DNA from: an uncultured virus (IMG/VR IMGVR_UViG_3300027779_000014) | Taxonomy: Duplodnaviria; Heunggongvirae; Uroviricota; Caudoviricetes | Strand: one strand, 5' to 3' | DNA length: 64,000 nucleotides | IMG/VR virus record: IMGVR_UViG_3300027779_000014 | Shown: one piece after another, positions 57,669 through 64,000 of the stretch | How the letters are laid out: every line of letters starts with the position of its first letter | Position numbering within the stretch: the first letter of the stretch is position 1 | The notes under the pieces: generated by a model | The model's input: only the letters and a program-made list of their open reading frames with translations | What the model was told of the DNA's origin: nothing | Database searches by the model: none | Translations under genes and position numbers: made by a program

Positions 57669-57935
57669 TTACCACTCATAGGTTGCCCAATGAGGGTGTA
57701 TTTCCGCGTCTGCGTCGAAAAGAAGGAGTTTTGCCCCTTCATCGTATGCGGCTTTCATAATCGGCATCAGCCATTCAGGACAAGTTTCATCCCAATGTGC
57801 GCCGTTTGGTTCACTTATCCAAACTACAAATCCATATTCGAATGCACGAACTCTATAGTCTCCCCAATCTGGAGAGGTGTTCGGCATATGGCCTGTCGAT
57901 AGATCTAACATTTTATCAAATTCTATGTTTGTCAT
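57669..57935 (-). CDS. DUF5983-like protein
   Basis: LDLSTGHM...EYGFVVWI...PEWLMPIMKAA..GAKLLLFDADA...YEW. Confidence 0.7.
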   Translation of the reverse strand: MTNIEFDKMLDLSTGHMPNTSPDWGDYRVRAFEYGFVVWISEPNGAHWDETCPEWLMPIMKAAYDEGAKLLLFDADAEIHPHWATYEW

Positions 57936-57942
57936 GGTCAGT

Positions 57943-58218
57943 TTATAGATGGGTTTTGTCCCATGATATTTCAGTGATCCCTTCTGAAAGATTCCATTCT
58001 ACTAATCCATAAGATTCGCAATTTAGACATTCTATCATCACAGAGAAGCCGTTTTGATCGACTCTTCCTACGCCTTTTGGGTTGCTGGATATCCATTCTT
58101 CATGGGGGCAATGCTCTATTTCATTTATTTTTTCTGTTAGTTCTATAATTATATTTTTCATTCTTTGCAATCTATCAATGTGATTTTCACATAATGTTGC
58201 TGTTCTTAGTTTTGTCAT
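57943..58218 (-). CDS. Coiled-coil plus Zn-ribbon protein
   Basis: CPH...CLNC. Confidence 0.7.
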   Translation of the reverse strand: MTKLRTATLCENHIDRLQRMKNIIIELTEKINEIEHCPHEEWISSNPKGVGRVDQNGFSVMIECLNCESYGLVEWNLSEGITEISWDKTHL

Positions 58219-58226
58219 GGTCAGTA

Positions 58227-58721
58227 TTACTCATTCCAGTTAGATTTCTCTATGAATCCGTTTTCTTCTAGGTAATCGAGTCCGAATGAACCTAATAGTT
58301 CTTCTCTTAGTTCTTGCACCGACATTTCGAGGAATTCCCTTGTTGTCTTGTAGCCTAAATCGATTAGAGGTTCTCCGTTCTTCAATATACCTCCACGGTA
58401 TATGTTGTGGTATTGCTCCTCGACTGTAAAGAGGGGGTTTACTTCCCCTACATCAAGATCTTCATCAGTGATATTGAGTACAATATCTCCGTCTGGTTCT
58501 TCTCCTACTCTAAATTCTGTACCTAAGATGAAATTTTGCGTGTAGAAAATTCTTTCTTCGAATTCCTTTGTCCCTTCTGATGTGAGAACGATAAATCCGT
58601 CTTCCATCCCGAGTCCTAATCTCCACTCTAAACCTCCTAGATCGACATAACTCCTGTCAATCATTATTCTAACTCCTTCTGGTAGTTTTGCTGTAATATC
58701 TTTAGTTTCTTTTCTTGTCAT
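58227..58721 (-). CDS. Acidic hypothetical protein
   Basis: Motif-anchored start. Confidence 0.7.
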   Translation of the reverse strand: MTRKETKDITAKLPEGVRIMIDRSYVDLGGLEWRLGLGMEDGFIVLTSEGTKEFEERIFYTQNFILGTEFRVGEEPDGDIVLNITDEDLDVGEVNPLFTVEEQYHNIYRGGILKNGEPLIDLGYKTTREFLEMSVQELREELLGSFGLDYLEENGFIEKSNWNE

Positions 58722-58728
58722 GGTCAGT

Positions 58729-59031
58729 TTATCGCATCTCTGTAACCACGCCCTCGTAAATCGAGCCGCTTGGTTCCCAGTCCACTCTTTGTGGATTGTT
58801 TTCTGCTTGTTCTTCTGGTTCTACCCAAATATGAGAACTTAATTCGTTTCTTCCGTCGTAGGAAGCACTACAAAGTGCGTTGTATGCCTCATCATTCGCT
58901 TCTTCATCTCTGATCCCTGTTGCATAGGCTCTGCTAAGAGCCCTGAATAACAGGGCTTCAAGTTGTGATGGTTCGAAGCTAAAGCACTCCTTCATTTGTG
59001 CTTCTAAGATTTTATCTGATGTTTCTGTCAT
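58729..59031 (-). CDS. Acidic hypothetical protein
   Basis: Start moved to the motif ATG at 59031. Confidence 0.7.
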   Translation of the reverse strand: MTETSDKILEAQMKECFSFEPSQLEALLFRALSRAYATGIRDEEANDEAYNALCSASYDGRNELSSHIWVEPEEQAENNPQRVDWEPSGSIYEGVVTEMR

Positions 59032-59039
59032 GGTCAGTA

Positions 59040-59408
59040 TCACTCAGGCCATGGAATATCGGAGTAGTATTTGGAAAACACTTCAAAGATAGCATCGTTT
59101 TCCGCTTGTTGGTCGATGTCATTCGCGTCGTAATCCTCTATGTTTTCTTCAAGAAGCCTCGCCTTAACTTCTAAGATTTCATCCATGTGCTTATTCAACC
59201 TGTCTATTTCGGTTTCTTCGTAGCGTTCTGTATAATCGTGGATTTTCCAAGAACCAATCGTATTTCCGTTGATATCTTGTATGCTTCCACCGTCATTTCC
59301 GTTTGCGATAAGATCTACTATTTCTGCAAAGATTCTTTTTGTCTCTGGTAGCGGTGTTTCGTCGAACGCCGCATTATCTATGTCATATTCAATATGAATT
59401 TTTGTCAT
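59040..59408 (-). CDS. Conserved small viral early-region protein
   Basis: DNAAFD...IQDINGNTIGSW pattern, common in phage early regions. Confidence 0.7.
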   Translation of the reverse strand: MTKIHIEYDIDNAAFDETPLPETKRIFAEIVDLIANGNDGGSIQDINGNTIGSWKIHDYTERYEETEIDRLNKHMDEILEVKARLLEENIEDYDANDIDQQAENDAIFEVFSKYYSDIPWPE

Positions 59409-59418
59409 GGTCAGTATG

Positions 59419-59643
59419 TTATCCGTCTAGTTCTAGTAGGCAGTTTTCGTATTCTTTATCCCATACCTTTGTTGTCAAAGTACATTGAGAACCTTGTTCC
59501 AAATACCCTTCTTTTATTGCCCTTGCTAGGTCCCAAGGAATATTCTCTTTATCAATTGCTTCCAATGAGTTGGGGGCTTTGACTTTGGTTGATACTGTCA
59601 ATAAAATTGTTTTTGACACATAGTATTCATTTAATTTGGTCAT
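59419..59643 (-). CDS. Hypothetical protein
   Basis: Motif-anchored start; VKAPNSLEAI. Confidence 0.7.
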   Translation of the reverse strand: MTKLNEYYVSKTILLTVSTKVKAPNSLEAIDKENIPWDLARAIKEGYLEQGSQCTLTTKVWDKEYENCLLELDG

Positions 59644-59657
59644 GGTCAGTTGGTGGC

Positions 59658-61031
59658 CTAAGCCACCGTGATGTTCATTGCTTCCCTAGATGTTGGGAAC
59701 GCTTCGAGATTAACTCGGCCTTCCACTACATCCTTTAGAAGATGGTGAACATCATATAGCCTCTTGTCGAGAGATTTTAGATTGAGCGTTCGCCCCGCCA
59801 TTTTTCTCTCTCCTGAGCCATTATCTGTTTTTGGCCCTGCCCAAGCGGGCTTATGTGTAAAGCCGCCTGTCAGAACATTGTATGCATGGAAGGCGGTTCC
59901 TACCGCTTCTCCCTTGACTTTTACCCAATCTCTATCAGGATCTTTCCATCCGTCTTTAGAAACCAGGAACATGTGTCCTTGATGCATTTCGTAGTCAATG
60001 ATTTCCCCAGTTCTTTCGTTGAGAATTGGGTTAGCCTTCGGTAATGTCAATATCTTGCGCTGTTGAGCAGCAACAAGTAACTTATCGAAGATTTCGTCAG
60101 TCATTTCATAGTTTTGTAGAGACTCTACAAAGAGTAGTTCATTCTCTACATCAGTTATCATCTCGCCTATTTGAGAACCAAACTTATCCCAATCAATAGA
60201 TCCGATTGAGTTTTCGGTGTGTCTTAACGAAAATAGATGTCTTTTGCTGCTAGCAACCATTCCATTTAGGCATGCGACTCTCTGAGCGACTCCTACCATT
60301 CGTAGGCTGCCAGATCCGTCTAAGCTGTTGTGGATTGATATACCGTAGTTGTATAAATCTCCAGTTCTTAGGTCTGCGGCTTTCATAATCTTTGATCGTG
60401 ATTGTCCATCTGGTGTCATTGAGTAGTTGGTTCCGTTTCCGAAGCCACCACGATTTGTCACATCTATGTCCATTCTAGCCTTCTTTCCTTGGTCGTAGCA
60501 GGTAATTGCCCAACTCCAACCAGCCCTGTCGCAGTATCTTGCGATAGGAGCGTATAGATCTGTATAGGAAACCACCGCATATCTGTCACTCACCACTCCA
60601 AGTGGTGCGCCGATAGGTTGGTTCTCAGAGGATTGCTTCGGATTCAAGATCAGGATATGGTTAGGCCTTCCTTGAGTGTTTGTCGAAGTGTAAAATCCAC
60701 TTTCTATGTCATTCTCACGCTCTTTTCCGTCTGCGTAATTGTTGTTATCATATACACCTGCAGCAAGCAGGTCGTCTTTCAGTTCTCCTTCAAGATTGAT
60801 TTGTACGGGGAACGATAGCGGCTGGAAATTCCAGTCGCAGGTCGATGACCCTCTATTACCTCTCTTTAAGAAGGCAAAACCTTCTCCTTCTGATTCGGCC
60901 ATCGAATTAGCGATTGCCGTATGTCTGTCCCAATTTGGGATTTCATCATTTTCCGTCATAGTCTCGTTCCCTAGCAAGTTGCTAAGTTCGATAACTTCTA
61001 TATTGTCATCATTATTTGATGTATCTGTCAT
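59658..61031 (-). CDS. DUF932/DUF945-family protein
   Basis: LGVVSDRYAVV...IHNSLDGSGSLR...RVACLNGM...LRHT. Confidence 0.8.
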   Translation of the reverse strand: MTDTSNNDDNIEVIELSNLLGNETMTENDEIPNWDRHTAIANSMAESEGEGFAFLKRGNRGSSTCDWNFQPLSFPVQINLEGELKDDLLAAGVYDNNNYADGKERENDIESGFYTSTNTQGRPNHILILNPKQSSENQPIGAPLGVVSDRYAVVSYTDLYAPIARYCDRAGWSWAITCYDQGKKARMDIDVTNRGGFGNGTNYSMTPDGQSRSKIMKAADLRTGDLYNYGISIHNSLDGSGSLRMVGVAQRVACLNGMVASSKRHLFSLRHTENSIGSIDWDKFGSQIGEMITDVENELLFVESLQNYEMTDEIFDKLLVAAQQRKILTLPKANPILNERTGEIIDYEMHQGHMFLVSKDGWKDPDRDWVKVKGEAVGTAFHAYNVLTGGFTHKPAWAGPKTDNGSGERKMAGRTLNLKSLDKRLYDVHHLLKDVVEGRVNLEAFPTSREAMNITVA

Positions 61032-61037
61032 GGTCAG

Positions 61038-61259
61038 TTAGTCTCCTATGTATTTTGAAATAGGAATTAGGTCTTCTATATCGCATATTCGACCTGCCAT
61101 CGCTTCTTCTAAATAACTTGCAATTGACTTCATTGTTGCAAGTCTTGGTCCAAAATCAACATATTGTTGAAGACTTGCCAATACTTCATTGTATATTGTT
61201 TCTTTATCTTCTTTCGCCATTTGACTTATGTAAGTCGTTTTTTCATATTTCATGGTCAT
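61038..61259 (-). CDS. Hypothetical protein
   Basis: Start moved to the motif ATG at 61259. Confidence 0.7.
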   Translation of the reverse strand: MTMKYEKTTYISQMAKEDKETIYNEVLASLQQYVDFGPRLATMKSIASYLEEAMAGRICDIEDLIPISKYIGD

Positions 61260-61401
61260 GGTCAGTATCACTCCTCTTCTTTTTTTAGGTCTTTTACTAT
61301 ATTCTCAATCAATTTTTTTAGTGCTTCTTCGTATGTCATTTTCATTTGTATTCCTCGGACATCTTAGATTGAAATAGATTGTTAATAAATATATGGTCAG
61401 T

Positions 61402-61902
61402 TTATGCTAGGATTAATTTCATAGCATATCCATCATCGCACATAGCATAGTTCTCCACTATGTAGGAGAAGTCGTTTTGTAGCGTAAATGAGCCTGTTGT
61501 CCCTCTACCGATGTAGAGGTTTACTTGCTCACAACCTACAATTACTTCTTCTGGTTCGTACATGACTAATTGTCTTTGTTGAGAACCTCTCCATGGAACT
61601 TTGAGCCCTTTGACTCCATCCATCTGTGCTAATTCACCTGCTAGAATCCATCTCCTTAGCGGTGTGCCGCAGAGTATATCAGAACCCTGGTGGGCCCTGC
61701 AGGCTTGTGCTATCCTGTTGAGTGTCTCAACGGGAATTCTGTCGAAATTTCTGACAAAGACATCGACTTGCTTTACTTCTTGGTTTTTTCTTGTAAAGTA
61801 AGTATTGGCTATTCTTACACTTACCTTAGCGTCTGGCGCTATGGAAAGAATCGCTGCTTTCAACATCTTTGATATTTCGGTTGTTTCTAAATATCTTGTC
61901 AT
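61402..61902 (-). CDS. Protein with LPD29-like N-terminus
   Basis: YLETTEISKMLKAAILSIAPDAKVSVR; start moved to the motif ATG at 61902. Confidence 0.6.
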   Translation of the reverse strand: MTRYLETTEISKMLKAAILSIAPDAKVSVRIANTYFTRKNQEVKQVDVFVRNFDRIPVETLNRIAQACRAHQGSDILCGTPLRRWILAGELAQMDGVKGLKVPWRGSQQRQLVMYEPEEVIVGCEQVNLYIGRGTTGSFTLQNDFSYIVENYAMCDDGYAMKLILA

Positions 61903-61904
61903 GG

Positions 61905-62165
61905 TCAGTCTATGATTTCTATGTGATTCCCCAAATGAGGGTAATACATTCTTCCCGCTATTTCTTCCCTTTCTGGGATTGCGTATTCTGCTTCTAAGTG
62001 TATGTGGTCGCATTCAGAGCCGCAAAATTTGGTAGGCGCTATTTTCTTAACCACTCCAACTATGAAGGAATCAAACTTCCCAATCCGTCCGAAATCAAAT
62101 GATTTTATTCTATCTCCGACTTTTAACTCGGATCTATTTTTCTCTGCTATCTCTGTTTCAGTCAT
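61905..62165 (-). CDS. Small SH3-like protein
   Basis: LKVGDRIKSFDF...FIVGVVKKI; start at ACC-ATG-AC 62165 (partial motif). Confidence 0.65.
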   Translation of the reverse strand: MTETEIAEKNRSELKVGDRIKSFDFGRIGKFDSFIVGVVKKIAPTKFCGSECDHIHLEAEYAIPEREEIAGRMYYPHLGNHIEIID

Positions 62166-62175
62166 GGTTTTGTCA

Positions 62176-62340
62176 TTATACAATATAATGTTCACCTTCG
62201 ATGTATATGGTCTTAACTCTACCATCTTCGTGCATCTTCAAGTAACATGCCTTACACAAATCACCAAACTCTGGTAGTGCATAGAAGTAAGGTTTTCCAC
62301 ATTGATATTGTTCACATATTCTCTCTCTAGTTTCTGTCAT
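62176..62340 (-). CDS. 54-aa Zn-finger protein (not in the ORF track)
   Basis: MTETRERICEQYQCGKPYFYALPEFGDLCKACYLKMHEDGRVKTIYIEGEHYIV; motif-anchored start. Confidence 0.75.
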   Translation of the reverse strand: MTETRERICEQYQCGKPYFYALPEFGDLCKACYLKMHEDGRVKTIYIEGEHYIV

Positions 62341-62349
62341 GGTCAGTTT

Positions 62350-62628
62350 TTAGTACAATATCTCTTGTCTAGTTATTCCAACTGAATCACAGTGTTTGTG
62401 AAACTCTAACTCAATATTATTCAAATATTTTAATTTAGATTTTATTTGACTGTAAGATAACTCGCCGTCACACGCAAGATTTTCTGGTGAAAGTCTGCTT
62501 CCTAAATGATTGGCGATGTCCTTTGCCGTATTTTCATTAAGAGGGATCGTAATGTCGGTCCCTCCTGTTATGTTATTCCATCTGTTTATATCTTGGATGA
62601 AATTTCTTAAATTTTCTATTTTTGTCAT
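62350..62628 (-). CDS. Conserved viral hypothetical protein (LSPENLxCDGE family)
   Basis: RLSPENLACDGELS. Confidence 0.7.
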   Translation of the reverse strand: MTKIENLRNFIQDINRWNNITGGTDITIPLNENTAKDIANHLGSRLSPENLACDGELSYSQIKSKLKYLNNIELEFHKHCDSVGITRQEILY

Positions 62629-62639
62629 GGTCAGTCCTC

Positions 62640-62954
62640 CTAATCGGAGAGTTTGCTTTCATAGAAGAGCGAATCCCATAACTCGCGGGGTTCCCCTAGT
62701 TCTTCCCTAGCATGGAATGTCATGGTATCGTGATCCAGCATTTCATCAAGAAGGCAAATTAACCCATGCAAAGCCTCTAATTTATCTAAAAACAAAGGTG
62801 CGTCTGCCATAAGTTGCCTATCTGTGTCACTAGCAGGTGTATCATCGTCCAGATAGATTGCTTTCAATCCATCGGCCCAAACTATTTCTTGCCATTTGCT
62901 AGTAGGTGTGCGTCCGAGGTATCGTGCCTCGTCAATTTTTCTATGTTCTGTCAT
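62640..62954 (-). CDS. Phage-type hypothetical protein
   Basis: RTPTSKW...DRQLMADAPLFL resembles the HTPGPW...ARLIAAAP family; start moved to 62954. Confidence 0.65.
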   Translation of the reverse strand: MTEHRKIDEARYLGRTPTSKWQEIVWADGLKAIYLDDDTPASDTDRQLMADAPLFLDKLEALHGLICLLDEMLDHDTMTFHAREELGEPRELWDSLFYESKLSD

Positions 62955-62978
62955 GGTCAGTGGCAATTCTAGTTGCAT

Positions 62979-63176
62979 TTAATCTTGTTCTGGGCCTTCT
63001 AATTGGAAGGCTGCGAATGCTTTCTGCATCATTTCTAGCAGTTTTGATGTTCCTGCTTGGACTAGATAAGCGCCGTTTTGATTCCATTGTTCCCACATTT
63101 GTTCATCTATGTAAAATTTTATTTCTTTTCCATTGGACATATGTATTGTCCCTTTGATTTTTTCTATATCTGTCAT
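62979..63176 (-). CDS. Hypothetical protein
   Basis: Motif-anchored start. Confidence 0.7.
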   Translation of the reverse strand: MTDIEKIKGTIHMSNGKEIKFYIDEQMWEQWNQNGAYLVQAGTSKLLEMMQKAFAAFQLEGPEQD

Positions 63177-63185
63177 GGTCAGTAG

Positions 63186-63599
63186 TTAAGCAGCCCTCTG
63201 TAAGAGCTGCTTAATTTGTTCTGCGGTGAATTTGAATTTCTTCCCGTCATTTCTTGTAACGGAAATTGGATACTTTCTCCTTTTTCCGTTTAATCCTGAG
63301 ATCTTGAAGGTATGGTCGTTCTGCGTGAATTCCTTTCCTAGATCGTCTGGTGACAATCCATAATGGATAGCATTTGTCTTGAAATCTTTAACCTCTTTTG
63401 TCTCAATTGTTCCGTCATCGTTTGTTGCAGATACTTCAATTTTGAAGGTTATAGGAAATATGCTGTCACCTGTGTAACTGGCGTTTCCTAATTTTACCTG
63501 CAGTCCTTCATGGATGTTATCAAGAGAGCCATCATTGATTTTGGCTTCAATGGTTCTTCTTAACCTCATTATAACATCACTGGCTTTTTGCTTTGTCAT
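63186..63599 (-). CDS. Conserved viral hypothetical protein
   Basis: YGLSPDDLGKEF..FKISGLNGKRRKYPI..DGKKFKF. Confidence 0.7.
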   Translation of the reverse strand: MTKQKASDVIMRLRRTIEAKINDGSLDNIHEGLQVKLGNASYTGDSIFPITFKIEVSATNDDGTIETKEVKDFKTNAIHYGLSPDDLGKEFTQNDHTFKISGLNGKRRKYPISVTRNDGKKFKFTAEQIKQLLQRAA

Positions 63600-63601
63600 G
63601 G

Positions 63602-63718
63602 TCAGTTTACCTTGTTAGGGCACCCTTCTTGATAGCATTCATCGGGATAATTTACCGCGAAATTTGCTTCTATAGGTTTGCCACATTTTGGGCAAGTATA
63701 ATATCTGCTTGGACTCAA
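63602..63718 (-). CDS. 38-aa Zn-finger peptide (not in the ORF track)
   Basis: TTG start; SPSRYYTCPKCGKPIEANFAVNYPDECYQEGCPNKVN. Its stop is the TGA inside the 12-mer. Confidence 0.55.
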   Translation of the reverse strand: MSPSRYYTCPKCGKPIEANFAVNYPDECYQEGCPNKVN

Positions 63719-63813
63719 TGTATCACTCCGCAGCATCTATTACATGAGACTGGATGACTTCCTCTGTATCGAGGATGAGGTTCATCGCATTCACATTCTG
63801 AGCTAATTGTCAT
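63715..63813 (-). CDS. 32-aa Cys-rich peptide (not in the ORF track)
   Basis: MTISSECECDEPHPRYRGSHPVSCNRCCGVIH; AGGTGA SD. Confidence 0.55.
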   Translation of the reverse strand: MTISSECECDEPHPRYRGSHPVSCNRCCGVIH

Positions 63814-63814
63814 C

Positions 63815-64000
63815 TTATTCACCTAGTATTGGCTCCATTCGGCCTTCCTTCGGTTTTACTGTGATAGTATAACCCTTTCTAGTAACATCTGCATCCCAGG
63901 CTATTTCGGGGTTGGTTACTTTCCGAATCATAGGATCCAGAAGTTCGTCAGTCACTTCTTGTGCTATCTTTCTCGCAAGATAGTCGAAATCTTCTTTTCC
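63815..64000 (-). CDS. C-terminal part of an ORF entering from the right edge
   Basis: Open frame GKEDFDYLARKIAQEVTDELLDPMIRK...MEPILGE-stop. Confidence 0.55.
   Translation of the reverse strand, partial: GKEDFDYLARKIAQEVTDELLDPMIRKVTNPEIAWDADVTRKGYTITVKPKEGRMEPILGE

Larger units (their letters stand above)
57656..63606 (-). repeat. Dispersed 12-mer ACTGACCATGAC overlapping 14 start codons
   Basis: + strand GTCATGGTCAGT at 57931, 58214, 58717, 59027, 59404, 59639, 61027, 61255, 61898, 62336, 62624, 62950, 63172, 63595; variants ATATGGTCAGT at 57656 and 61391. Confidence 0.95.

Noticed and set aside
57656..63606. 12-mer array as a CRISPR or classical integron attC array
   Set aside because: The repeats are only 12 bp, are separated by whole genes, and lack the attC inverted-repeat structure; no cas or integrase gene is in the window.
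1..64000. tRNA/rRNA genes, IS elements, reverse transcriptase/DGR, terminase, portal, DNA polymerase
   Set aside because: No supporting motifs seen by eye; absence was not verified computationally.

Overview
The window is an internal 64-kb piece of a large dsDNA virus of an archaeon, and neither genome end is evident. A marine host, possibly Marine Group II/Poseidoniales, is inferred but not shown. The virus looks tailless and membrane-containing. It encodes a single-jelly-roll-type major capsid protein candidate, two paralogous beta-rich capsid-like proteins, an FtsK/HerA-family packaging ATPase, a transglutaminase-like Cys protease, many small membrane proteins, a Lys/Arg-rich core protein and a >1400-aa repeat fibre that the ORF track missed. 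It also carries host-type machinery: a group II chaperonin, an ATP-dependent DNA ligase, a guanylate kinase domain and a much-enlarged archaeal RNA polymerase subunit A''. Three things stand out. (1) In an array of small genes at 57.3-63.7 kb, 14 start codons sit inside an identical 12-mer, ACTGACC-ATG-AC. (2) Two further start-anchored motifs mark other gene classes (TYAAACGGCAA-N17/18-start, and a 29-bp CCGTAACGGCGTAACGGGTCGAGTTTAT element); together with the viral RNAP subunit they suggest a virus-specific transcription programme. (3) Giant modular proteins have their unrelated domains separated by a recurrent Asn-Pro(-Pro) motif, which suggests polyprotein processing or a cargo-loading signal. 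All family assignments come from motif recognition by eye; no database searches were run.
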